A stretch of 64,000 nucleotides of DNA from Octopus sinensis. Lineage: Eukaryota. The notes under the pieces were generated by a model, which ran no database searches, was not told the DNA's origin, and worked only from the letters and a program-made list of their open reading frames with translations. Below, one piece after another: positions 12,414 through 24,284 of the stretch. The position numbers and the translations under genes are program-made. The stretch covers positions 44,020,001-44,084,000 of the forward strand of contig NC_043009.1 in NCBI RefSeq assembly GCF_006345805.1. Reading direction: 5' to 3'. The stretch's first letter is position 1, and each line of letters starts with the position of its first letter.

Positions 12414-12626
12414 AGAAGCGTTAGCGTGCTGGGCGAAATGCTTAGCGGTATTTTGTCTGTCGTTACGTTCTGAGTTCAAATTCCGCCGAGGTCGACTTTG
12501 CTTTTCATCCTTTCGGGGTTGATAAATTAAGTACCAGTTACGCACTGGGGTTTAATGTAATCAACTTAATCCGTTTGTCTGTCCTTGTTTGTCCCCTCTG
12601 TGTTTAGCCCCTTGTGGGCAGTAAAG

Positions 12627-12630
<4 letters not shown>
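12414..12630 (+). mobile_element. SINE group B, 5'-truncated
   Basis: Consensus match; lies between (GTAT)n and (TA)n. Confidence 0.85.
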
Positions 12631-12673
<43 letters not shown>

Positions 12674-12674
12674 G

Positions 12675-12722
<48 letters not shown>

Positions 12723-13344
12723 CGTGTGTATCTGCAAAGATATAATAAAGGAATGAAATTGAACCAGTACGTATTATAGACACACACATACACACCCTTA
12801 CACATAAAGCTTACTGTTAATGAAAGCCGGCGTGCGTTGCGTTCCGCTACTTAATAAATGAAACAAAATGTATTGTAAATAAACAGACGGCAGGTAAAAA
12901 ACGTATAACATACTGAGTGTACAACCGGGCGGGAGACAAGCACAGAAGGTCCCTAATTCTTCATCAGTTATCAACCTGATGGTATTAGTTTCGCACCATT
13001 AATGGTAAAACTGAGAACTTTCCATACTGGCGGTGCTCGTGAAAGTTGCGGAGAATATAGAGCCGAGAGCAAACAAAGCAATACAGAGTGGACATACGAA
13101 AGTTAATATGACGATGGACAAAGACGAAATAAATAGGAAATGAGCAAAATATAGCCTCAGAGCCCAAAAGGCAAGAATGGCGGGTAAATGTTAGAAGGCA
13201 TCCTAAAGGAAAGAAAAAAAACGATCGTCTTATGAACTTCATTAGTTAACAGCAGTTTCTGCTATTAGATGTAGTGGACTCATATTTGAGTGCCTTATAG
13301 CTTCATCGGAGCCTTAAATATGAAGTGCATTTATGTACATTTAT

Positions 13345-13420
<76 letters not shown>

Positions 13421-13427
13421 CACACAC

Positions 13428-13469
<42 letters not shown>

Positions 13470-13604
13470 ATGAGAAAGCCGCTCGGCCTTCATTCTGAAG
13501 CATCTATTGAGTTCTACACAATGGTTATTAGTATCACAATGCCTAAGCGAAATATTTAGACGCAAAACTCTTATCCGGAAGAGTACATGTAAATATATAT
13601 AATA

Positions 13605-13913
13605 TCACCGTGATCACCGTGACCGACCAGGCTATCAGATGTTGCTACACATCGCTGGTCACAATGCGCTTCGCATTGTTTTAGCCTCAAATGACGCCAC
13701 CCCGCTGGCTAAACGAGCAGGCCAACAGACGAAAGAGTGAGAGAAAGTTGTGGCGAAAGTGTACAGCAGGGATCGCACCCCCCCCCCCTGCCGGAGACTC
13801 GTGGAGCTTTAGTGTTTTCGCTGAATAAACACTCACAACGCCCAGTCTGTGAATATAAACCGCGATCCTACGACCGCGAGTCCGCTGCCCTAACCACTGG
13901 ACCATTGCGCCCC
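13605..13913 (-). mobile_element. SINE group D (tRNA-Arg-like head), full length
   Basis: Reverse complement ggcgcaatggtccagtggttagggcagcggacTCGcggtcgtagg (A box, TCG anticodon-like); tail ends in a cacggtgat duplication; may be an octopus OR-type SINE (not verified). Confidence 0.8.
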
Positions 13914-14404
13914 CCACCCCCCACACACACACACACATACACACGCGTGCGCGCGCGCGTGTGTGTGTGTATGTGTGTGTGATGTTCGTTTCCTGAATAC
14001 GGATCTAGAGCATTAGAGCTCGATTGGTTAAATCATCAATACTACGAATGCTCTTCCGCAAGAAATTTTGCATCCTTGTAAAAAATGGTGAATAAACACC
14101 ATAATAACATTAGCTGCAGTTTTTTTTCCTTTACAACATCTGCTAATAAAGAACATTCCACCCGAACCGCATGCATAAGGTACCCGCAGATTCGGTAATT
14201 ACACTAGTGGTCGTGGTGGTGGATATATAGCCGGATACAGCTGTAAGACGTTCTAGTTCTACCGGAGAAGTTATCAGTGTGAAATGAAAATAACGGACGT
14301 TGATTTTGATACCCCGGACTATATAGCAGTAGACAGGAATGCTGAGAATCGCGGAGCAAAGAATTAAAGACCTGTGAATAGATGCTTAAATATTTTGCAA
14401 ACAT

Positions 14405-14815
14405 TCTCTTTTACTCTTTTACTTGTTTCAGTCAGTTGACTGCGGCCATGCTGGAGCACCGCCTTTAGTCGAGCAACTCGACCCCGGACTTATTCTTTGT
14501 AAGCCCAGTACTTTTTTTCTATCGGTTCTCTTTTGCCGAACCGCTAAGGACGGGGACTAAAACACACCAGATCGGTGTCAAACAATGCTAGGGGGACAAA
14601 CACAGACACACAAACATACACGCACATATATATATTGTACATATATACGACGGGCTTCTTTCAGTTTCCGTCTACCATCCACTCAAAAGGCTTTGGTCGG
14701 CCCGAGGCTTAGTAGATAGAAGACACTTGCCCAAGTGAGGTGCCACGCAGTGGACTGAACCCGGAACCATGTGGTTGGTAGGCAAGCTACTTACCACACA
14801 GCCACTCCTGCGCCT
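14405..14815 (-). mobile_element. SINE group A, full length
   Basis: Reverse complement of the consensus with a (gtaaaaga)n tail. Confidence 0.9.
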
Positions 14816-15084
14816 ACATTGTTTACAATCTAATTGGATGGGAGTTTTTCCAAGGTCCACAACTCCAGAAAAACTTGTAGGAGGCGGAATGGAAGAAAAT
14901 CAAGTCACTCTGGAAATGGATTAACTGATCGTGATGAACTTTGGTCTTCATCTATGGGCATTGTTGTTTAACCCTAGATTAGTCTTAATCTTGACGACCA
15001 TCGTCGAAGGGCATCCCAGCTGTCTTTGACACAAAGCCGTAAATATCTTATACTGTTTTGCGTATGTCTAAGTAAGTCCCGTGG

Positions 15085-15545
15085 TTGATGGAGACAGGCA
15101 GGACAACTGCCGTGCTAAGGCAATTTCAAGAATTGTTGTTTCTCGAGGTTATCTCCCCTTCTCATATGAAGCTTTGTGACACATCCTCTAGAGGCGTTGT
15201 GACAGAAGTGTCTACCACTGATGAGCACATACGCCTTTGACCTGCCTCCTCAGCATGTTCAATGCGAGTATCTTCATAAGCTCTGTCTTCTCTGTGCGCA
15301 GCTGATTTCCGCATGCTGCGCTACCGACTCTTTCCCTTTTCATTCATCGGTGGAGAACTCTTTCAGGGTAGTTTTACATTGGTTCTTAAAGCACATCTTT
15401 GTACGTCCTATGCTCCTTCTTCCATTTGCTAGTTCTCCATACGACTCTTGCCTGTGGATTCTGGAGTCATCCATCCGTGTAACATGGTCTAGCTATTTGA
15501 GCCATCTGGATATAAGTATGATGTTAACAGCCCTTACTTATCTCA
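15085..15545 (-). pseudogene. RTE-clade LINE 3' fragment (degenerate ORF C-terminus)
   Basis: Minus-strand translation RWLK*LDHVTRMDDSRIHRQESYGELANGRRSIGRTKMCFKNQCK matches the RTE motif RW.GHV.RM.D.R.PK..LYGEL..G.R..GRP..R.KD. Confidence 0.8.
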
Positions 15546-15617
15546 GTAGGAGAGAGCTCAATAATATTAACACTAATACTTGTTAGACGTATGGCTTAAT
15601 CAGTATTGTAATAGTGA

Positions 15618-15835
15618 TTTAAAATTTTGGAGCAAGGCCAGTAATTTCGTGGGAGGAGATAAGCTGATTACATCGACCCCAGTGTTCAACTGACGCTTAT
15701 TTTATCTACCTCCAAAAGGATAAAAAGAAAAGTCGTTCTCGGCAGCATTTGAATTCAAATTTGAATGCAAAGACAAACAAAACGCCGCTAAGCATTTTGC
15801 CCGGCATGCGAACGATTCTGCCAGCGCGCCACCTT
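15618..15835 (-). mobile_element. SINE group B, diverged
   Basis: Reverse-complement match with a tail-2 end. Confidence 0.75.
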
Positions 15836-15869
15836 ATTCGGTATTGTAATAATACTAATGATAATAATA

Positions 15870-15904
<35 letters not shown>

Positions 15905-16198
15905 TACCATAATAATAATAATAATAATTAATAGTGATAATAATAAGACTACATAATAAATTAATAATATAATTAATAATAATCTAATTAATAATAACAC
16001 AATAACAGTTTTAATGATATTACAAACCGTAAGGAGAGAAATGGGACTTTAATGAAAGTAACTCAGAGCAAAAATTATACAAGATATAAAACAAAGGACT
16101 TGTCAATGTGTTTAAGAAGACGAGGAAAATGCTTCATTGTAGAAATCTTCAGTTAGCACACATCATCAACCATTGCCGATATAATATATATATATACA

Positions 16199-16245
16199 CT
16201 AGCAGAGAGATACACGACCTTGCTCGGGATTAAAATGGCATAGTT
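16199..16245 (-). mobile_element. Helitron-like 3' end remnant
   Basis: ctagcagagagatacacgaccttgctcggga is similar to the 3' end of the Helitron at 21479. Confidence 0.45.
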
Positions 16246-16254
16246 TTTTTTATT

Positions 16255-16517
16255 GTTTCACTTGTTTCAGTCATGTGACTGCGGCCATGCTGGGGCACCG
16301 CCGTTGGTCGAACAAATCGACCACAGGATTTATTCTTTGTAAGCCTAGTACTTCTTCTATCAGTGTCTTTTGCAGAACCGCTAAGCTATGGGAACGTAAA
16401 CACAGCAACATCGGTTGTCAAGCAATGGTGGGGGTACAAACACAGATACACACACGAAGAAATATACACATATATACGACAGTCTTCTTTCAGTTTCCGT
16501 GTACGAAATCCACTCAA
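16255..16517 (-). mobile_element. SINE group A, 5'-truncated
   Basis: Tail plus part of the head. Confidence 0.8.
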
Positions 16518-16815
16518 GTTACGATGCTAACACGACATATGTTTCGTGTTTTGACAAAATAACACGGGTTATCCAGTCTGGGGGCTAAAATCCCTTTTGC
16601 ATGAGTGATATGGTGGATAAGAAGTCCTGACGTTTTAAGTATATCCCCTATCTTAAAAGACTGACATAAGAGAATATCTCCTATCTTAAAGACTGACATA
16701 AGATCCTGAACCTTCTATAAGAGTTAAGGTTTCAAGTAGATCTGAACTCCAAAGTGTTCGCAAGTTCAGAGGAGGTAAGTGAAATCTTGTATGTAAGTAG
16801 TTTTCTTTTTTTTTT

Positions 16816-17038
16816 GCACCCTTTTTTAAAGCCTAACCAGGCTCATGGGCCCGGTTCCCCAGCTGGACTGGACGCCAGTCCATCGCAGCGTTACTCATTT
16901 TTGCCAGCTGAGTGGACTGAAGCAACGTGAAATGAAGTGTTTTGCTCAAGAACATAACGCGTTGCCCAGTCCAGGAACCGAAACCACAATCTTACGACCA
17001 TGATGCTGACACCCTAACCACTAAGCCATGCACCTCCA
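16816..17038 (-). mobile_element. SINE group C (CORE-like), tail type c3
   Basis: tRNA head gtggaggtgcatggcttagtggttagggtg; CORE-like cttgagcaaaacacttcatttcacgttgc; tail gcgatggactggcgtcc...ggctttaaaa. Confidence 0.85.
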
Positions 17039-17271
17039 CATATAAGTAGTAGTTTGTATAAATGTAGTTTGAGTGGTTATGCATGAAATACTGAATAGGA
17101 AATGCTTGAGAAATAAATTAAAATCTGAAACTCTAGGGAATTGAAACAACGAATTGAAAAAATAAGTTTTTAGCAAATCAAAACAATGCTAAATATATTA
17201 CTGTTAATAAAATGCCAGTTTATATATATCCATGAAACATTTTTCGACAAATTTCGACATTTTTCAAAAAT

Positions 17272-17828
17272 TTAAACTCTAGGGTTAGCTGAAAGCAGTT
17301 TTGGCACAAACTTGGCAAATACGTGTCTCATACCTAAATCTTCAGTGATAATAGACTGACCTGAACCGTAACTAATCTGCACATTCTCTGATAACTCACG
17401 GATGGTGATTCGACAATTTCCCTTCACAGCTTCACGTACATCTGCGATGTTTTTCTTAGTCCAGCTGGTTACGGGTCTCCCAGAACATTCGTCAATATCG
17501 ACATTTTTCGGCCATCTTGGAAACGTATGAACCAATCGTACCCTTTTGTGTGACTCATACACCCCACTTCATACACTTTCTGCAAATTGCGTACGCCTAT
17601 GAGCAAGTACCGTCATGACAACTTTCTCTGTCATGGTCAATGTGACGATCACACGCTACACACCTTCTTTCCAAGCACTGCCGTAAACAGCGGAAATGAG
17701 CTAGAATGTTAAATCTTAGTACACATGCCCAACAGAGTCCAAAATCAATTTGTGTGAAGTGGCGTCATCCTGCATGCTTTAGCTTCGTTACTATGGCAAC
17801 AGTCCGGAAACTTATCGATCAGACCTCG
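17272..17828 (-). mobile_element. Mariner-type transposon 5' fragment (TIR plus degenerate transposase N-terminus)
   Basis: TA + CGAGGTCTGATCGATAAGTTTCCGGACT TIR at 17828; translation ...DECSGRPVTS...RITIRELSENVQISYGSGQSIITEDLGMRHVFAKFVPKLLS (GRP-HTH and WVP-like linker); catalytic domain absent. Confidence 0.9.
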
Positions 17829-17883
<55 letters not shown>

Positions 17884-17885
17884 GT

Positions 17886-17930
<45 letters not shown>

Positions 17931-18027
17931 GTGTGTGTGGTGTGTGCGTGCGTGTGTGTGTGTCTGTATGTGTGTGTTCTATATGTATAGGAGACCAAAG
18001 TATACGTACGCCGCTTTATGGATATGG

Positions 18028-18388
18028 AAAAGAATATAAAAAAAGGACAACAAAACATCCAGACAGATGATGCAAAATAAAGGGACAAGAAAAAACAATG
18101 ACGGATCATCTGGAGCTTCCTTTCGTCAGTCGAGTTCCAGATTATCTTTGCTGGTTATACACGAGATTACTCCAATCTGTCCAGCCCCCAAGAAAATATA
18201 TGCTAAGAGCACTAGATTCCTGGCCAGATTGGAGCAATTTCGAGTATAACCAGTCGAAATTGCAAAGATAATTTGAAACTCGACCGACGAAAGAAAACTC
18301 CGGATGACTCGTCCTTGTTCTTTCTTGTCCCTTTTTTGTATCATCTGTCTGGATGTTTTGCGTTCTTGTCCGATTTTTGCATTCTTTT
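18028..18388. repeat. Fold-back element with ~160-bp imperfect inverted arms
   Basis: 18028-18184 is the reverse complement of 18220-18388 with scattered mismatches and indels; ~35-nt loop. Confidence 0.9.
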
Positions 18389-18397
18389 TGATAAAAT

Positions 18398-18597
18398 GTG
18401 ACCGCGTGTGTACCGTTGGCGATTTTTTTCCTCTGTCTTCCCTTCTCTGGATCTTTCCTTCTCCTATGTTTCCGACGAACAGCTCCGCTCGAAACGTTGA
18501 ACCCTCCTTCTTTTCTTCTTTCCTGAGCGTCCAATAATACTATATTTGTTCCACGTCCTCACGTCGTGTTTTTTTTTGTGCTTCCTTGTTTGGATTA

Positions 18598-18601
<4 letters not shown>
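18398..18601 (+). mobile_element. (TA)n-anchored Penelope-like non-coding element (family P1) with degenerate hammerhead
   Basis: Homologous to the reverse complement of 22441-22643; gtttCCGACGAacagctccgctcGAAAcgtt; ends ggattaact next to (TA)n. Confidence 0.7.
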
Positions 18602-18638
<37 letters not shown>

Positions 18639-18643
18639 GATAT

Positions 18644-18692
<49 letters not shown>

Positions 18693-19349
18693 TAAAGGCA
18701 GAGTAAAAACTATTTTCTGAAGGACAAAACAACTTCTCATATTCGTAGAGTTGCGTGTTACCCAATATATGACGAGTAATTTTAGAAGTATACTTTTGCC
18801 ACTGTGAGTAATACCAGGAAATATAGCACACATGGTATAAATATAGTTGAACTTTTATTAAATTTCTTGATGCTTGTACAAAATGTTGAAAGGAATACAA
18901 ATTTTCAAAAGAAAAATATTTATTACACAAGTGGGACCCGAGGAAATTCCACAGACTGGGAAAAATTAAGAGGACCTATTTAAGAAATAAAGGATAATTT
19001 GCATTCTTATAGCATTCATAGTTTAGCTTTCTTTAAATATTCTTGACGTTCGTCAACGTTCGTTTCCTCACGTTTCCGACGGTGTTGTCTTTTGCCTCTT
19101 TTTGTTATATTTTCTCGCATTCCGTGTTCTATATCTGTGCATCCTTTTTCGGGCAGCTTGTAACCCTGTTTCTTGTAAATCCAGAGTTTAGGCTAAATTA
19201 GCCCTTGTAAACAAATATCAACTTTTTTTTAGCAAGCAGACGATAAATAATTGTACTTATGCGCATGCTTTAAGCGATGGCCGCTATAAAAAAAAAATTT
19301 GTTCAATAAAAAGAAATACTTTTCCCTATCACCACCGCCGCCGAACTAA

Positions 19350-19540
19350 CAAATGAACGAACGAACGAAGCAACCAAATAACCAACCAGCCAACCAAGCC
19401 ACCAAGGAACCGAGCAACAGAGCAACCAAGGAACCGAGCAAGAGAGCAACCAAGCAACCAAGCAACCAGCCAGCCAAACAAACAATCAATGAAGCAATGA
19501 ACCAAGTAAGAAAACAAGCGACCAACCGACCAACCAAAAT
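19350..19540. repeat. Degenerate (AACC/AAGC/AACG)n tetranucleotide tract
   Basis: Direct reading. Confidence 0.85.
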
Positions 19541-19944
19541 GTGTATAGGTTATTATAATAACGGGATAATTGATAACTAACAAAGGAAATATATTGGTTC
19601 AAAGCTTTAAGCGGGAGACAAATTTCAGTATATATTCACATGTATCCCATGCTGCACTAATTAAACTCTTCCTGTGATAATGCATCAATTATTTTTATTA
19701 AAAAAGCGAAAAAAAGAAATGCTGATAATCGTCTGTAGGTGAGGGTTCAGTAAACTTCCTCACATTTCTTTTTGTTTAATAAGTGAATAAGTACACGTCT
19801 ACCTACAATAACGCGACATGTGTCACAAAATGCGTACGACACAACATCAAACCGGTTAACAGACACCACGGTCGAGTATTTAAACAAACATTGCTAAAAG
19901 TGCCCCGTATACACCGAATAAACTTAACGCCGAATATATATATA

Positions 19945-20024
<80 letters not shown>

Positions 20025-20064
20025 TATATTTGTACATGTATATATATATTTACATATTATATTA

Positions 20065-20097
<33 letters not shown>

Positions 20098-20230
20098 GAT
20101 ATATATATATGTATATATATATATATACATAATAATATATATATACGCATATGTATGAATATATATAAATCTATTCACACGCAGATACATTCATATATTC
20201 ATACGTATTATATATATATATATATATATA

Positions 20231-20268
<38 letters not shown>

Positions 20269-20726
20269 CATATATATACATATATATAGATATGCATACA
20301 CACACACACCACACACACACCACACACATATATATATACGATACATAAGAACATTAGTTTATTTGTGTTTAGGTGAGTCGAATTATTAAATGCTTTTGTA
20401 TATCTGTCTGTCTATTCTCACATAATCACACAATCGCATACATACCACATCCACAACGCACCCACATACATAGTACACGCATACACACAAATACACATAC
20501 ACACCGCGCGCGTACATGTATGTATAAATATATTTAAGATATTTATATAATCAGCAGGGGTTCGATTCGAATCAAAACCTTTCTTTGTTTCTCTTGAGAA
20601 ACTAGCGGGGCATCAAGAGATGAATGGTGAACTGTTGTCGGATGTGTGAACCATCGCCAACCATGGATGGACCAGCCATACACCTTCTTATTTACATATA
20701 TACATACATATGTATGTATGTATATA

Positions 20727-20770
<44 letters not shown>

Positions 20771-21478
20771 GTGTGTATGTATGTATATAGTTAGTATGTG
20801 TGTATAGTTAAACAGAGAGACGCACCCCGAGACCCAGGAATATCAACTGCTGAAAAAAAAAATGAGTTTTTCGTGTTTGTTTTAAGCATCTGTTGCTGTC
20901 ATATCTAAATCCAACAACAATGGCAGCTACAGGGACTACTCTAACGATAACACCTCACCTCGCCGAGAGACAGGGTGAGATAGGGAAAGGAAGAAAGAAA
21001 GAGGTAGAGAGTTAGTGAGAAGGAGACGTTGACGGAAGGAGAGAAAGAGAGAGAGAGAGTAGAAGGGTGAATGAGGAAGAGGGAGAGGGAAGAATTAGAG
21101 GGAACGGAGTGATAAAGTGGAAGAGAATGTATTATTGAATAGAACAAATATGTGCATGTATACGTCTATGCATATATATATATATATGTATGTGTGTATG
21201 TGTGTGTGTGTGTATGTATATATATATATATATATATATGGACATACATTCATACATATAAATACACACACACACAGAGATACACGTGTATATATATGTA
21301 AGGTCCTGGTAGGATGTAAAGGTAGGGTATTTCCAGAGAAGCACTCGTACCGAGTTCTGGGATATCAACATTGTCGAATTCCAGACTAATATCGAAATTC
21401 TTCAGGTATAGAAAAAATTTTTGTGTTGGTTTAGCGAAAAGTTTTTACTTTTATATATATATATATATATATATATAA

Positions 21479-21841
21479 CTAGCAGTATCGCCCGGCGTTG
21501 CTCGGGTTTGTAAGGGAAATAACTATATAACCATTTTAGAGAGTTATAGCCCAAAAATGGGTAAAAAATGACGGTAAATTTTTTTTAAATCGTTGACTCA
21601 TCGTAGACATTTTTAGAGAGTTACTTCCCTTATATAATAGCGAAAAAATGCATTAAAATGGAAAAAAATGATGGTAATTTTTTTTTTAAATCGTAGACGC
21701 GCGCTAATACCCAGAAGGGCTCGATATGAATCATGACTATAAGATACCCGGTTTTGGTTAAACTGCACCGCAAAATGTGGGAGTAGTTAGGAATCTAAAT
21801 CGTAGGAGACAGACACACAAGTTCACTTTTATATATAAAGA
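21479..21841 (-). mobile_element. Complete non-autonomous Helitron (~360 bp)
   Basis: Minus strand has a 5' TCTTTATATATAAAA end, 3' hairpin CCCG(A)GC-AAC-GCCGGG, 8 nt, then CTAG; inserted between A and T with no TSD. Confidence 0.85.
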
Positions 21842-22346
21842 TTATTTGCAGTATCCAATTGATTCAAAGTATTTTAATAATAAGGACTCTAAGGTAGGGT
21901 CGAAAATAGCATATCCGTGTATCAACACTATATAGGGACATTCACATACATACTAATATATATACGAACTTGTCCTATCATTTTCATATACATATATAAG
22001 GATAGATCAATATAGTCATCGATATATACCCATATATACATATATAATCACACACAGGCATATTTCGGAATGCAGTCGTCGGGCCGCTGTAAGTTCTAGA
22101 TTCAACGTAGAAAAGGATCCGAGTGTGTTGTAGTATAAGTAATAACACAAATGGGGTGAGGTTCACTACAGCTGTTTCAGACCCGTCTTTTATTGATTAA
22201 GAAATCAATTACATCATGAAAAAGCCAATTCTAAGGATTGACATTTAAGATCGTGCACAGAAAGGAAGTAGAATGTATTTTGACTATTATGACGATTTTT
22301 TTGCATCTCTATCCCTTTTGTGCATCAAGTACTCGGTTGATATTTC

Positions 22347-22377
<31 letters not shown>

Positions 22378-22440
22378 TGTATGTATGTATGTATGTATGT
22401 ATGTATGTATGTATGTATGTATGCATGTATGTATGTATAT

Positions 22441-22643
22441 AAAGTTAATCCAAACATGAAAACACAAAGAGAAAACACAACGCGAGGACGTGGAACAAAT
22501 ATAGTATTATTGGACGCTCAGGAAGGAAGGGAAGAAGGACGGTTTTACGTTTCGAGCAGAGCTCTTCGTCAGAAACATAGGAAAAGGAAAGATCCAGAGA
22601 AGGGAAGACGGAGGAAAAAAAAATCGCCAACGGTACACACGCG
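22441..22643 (-). mobile_element. (TA)n-anchored Penelope-like non-coding element (family P1)
   Basis: Five related copies in the window share one terminus; this one carries a hammerhead motif. Confidence 0.75.
22542..22576 (-). ncRNA. Minimal type I hammerhead ribozyme motif
   Basis: GTTT CTGACGA A GAGC-TCT-GCTC GAAA CG TA AAAC: helix I 4 bp, helix II 4 bp, palindromic ACGT helix III, GUA triplet. Confidence 0.65.
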
Positions 22644-22695
22644 AAGTGTATATAATTATCTAACTATTAATATGTGCGTACACACATACACACAA

Positions 22696-22730
<35 letters not shown>

Positions 22731-22995
22731 TATATAGGTAAGCAGAGTTAGCGGTTGGCATAACCATACAATGGATAAAAATATCCGTTCTTATTACCGG
22801 TATCAATAACCTATGTTAACTCTGGGCATGGGTATGCAAGCACACTATGCTCATAGGGTACAGTTAATAACAGAATAAACAAAAGTTTATAAGGAATCAA
22901 AATTAAATAAGTAGAAAATGGAGGAAACTTTTGATCAACAAACAAACAAATTGACCAGCATCGGTTAATTATTTTTTAATGCAAACCATAACATT

Positions 22996-23108
22996 TCTTA
23001 CGGCCGTTTCGGCTGCCAATGTCAGTCGGTGGTTACAAAAAAATTCCGAAAAAAATTTTCGTCATCTTTATAGCACATTCGATCTAGTACATGAAGCTTC
23101 GTCAGAGT
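22996..23108 (-). ncRNA. Hammerhead-like motif with long helix II (probably decayed)
   Basis: ct CTGACGA AGCT...~80 nt...AGCC GAAA CGGCCG TA ag; helix I weak. Confidence 0.45.
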
Positions 23109-23454
23109 GAATACAAATACCTAAAATAACAGAAAGGCAGAAGGAAGAGGAAAGAACAGGGCCTCGAGATGAAGAAAGAAGGTTCAATATATTAAAATCA
23201 TACCATTCTGCAGTGGAAAGCTTGAAATTGATGTGTAAAAGAGTAAACTAGCAAATAATCTAGAAAAATAATTGGTGGGGTAATCTTTTTTAGGGCTACC
23301 AGGGTGTATAAATAATAATAAAATAAAAGTAGTACTTAAGTATAACAGGAATATATAACTAGTACTAAAGTATAACAGGAATCAGCAGTCTATATGTATG
23401 TATTTGTGCATGATATTACTTGCGTGCGTGTGTGCGTGTGTGTGTGCCTGTGTG

Positions 23455-23650
23455 TGTGTGTGTTTGTCCCCACCCATCGCTTGACAACTGATGCTGATGT
23501 GTTTACATCTCCGTAACATAGCAGTTCAGCATAAGAGACCGATAAATAAGTACTAGGCTTACAAAGAATAAATCTTGGGGGTCGATTTGTTCGACTAAAG
23601 GAGGTGCTCCAGCATGGCCGCAGTCAAATGACTGAAACAAATAGAAGAGT
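23455..23650 (+). mobile_element. SINE group A tail half
   Basis: gtttgtccc...cagtcaaatgactgaaacaa. Confidence 0.85.
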
Positions 23651-23824
23651 TAAAGTAATAATTATGTATATATATATATATAGGTAGTTGAATGAATTAT
23701 CCTAGTATGGATAATTCGGTTAACCGATACATGGGTAGCAAATTCACGTCAGAAAAACACGGTTGAAGCTACATGCCAAGGGCAGAGATCACGTGCTTTC
23801 GTGTGGAATTTTTGTGTGTTTTTA

Positions 23825-24132
23825 ATACAAATAAAGGAAAGAATGGAGTTGAACGACGATTTAACAAAATTCCTTATTCTCGACATATGTTTCGAAGGCT
23901 GCATATTCCTAATTTCGAAGGAATAAGGGATGCATTATGCTGCCTTCTCATCATCACTTATGTCAGCATCAAGATGAACAAAAACTCTTAGATGACTGCC
24001 CACTCGGAGTCCATAGCATAATGCACCCCTTATTCTTTCGAAATTAGGAATATGCAGCCTTCGAAACATATGTCGAGAATAAAGGAATTTTGTTAAATCG
24101 TCGTTCAACTCCATTCTTTCATTTATTTGTAT
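23825..24132. repeat. Fold-back element with ~116-bp near-perfect inverted arms containing a hammerhead remnant
   Basis: 23825-23940 versus 24016-24132, about 4 differences, 75-nt loop; minus-strand aTGATGA GAAGGC...GCCTTC GAAA CATATG TC at 23879-23954. Confidence 0.9.
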
Positions 24133-24205
24133 ATATATATATATATATAGTAGATAGATATAAATATAATATTACTTTGACTTATTTATTTGTTTCAGCT
24201 TTCTA

Positions 24206-24284
<79 letters not shown>

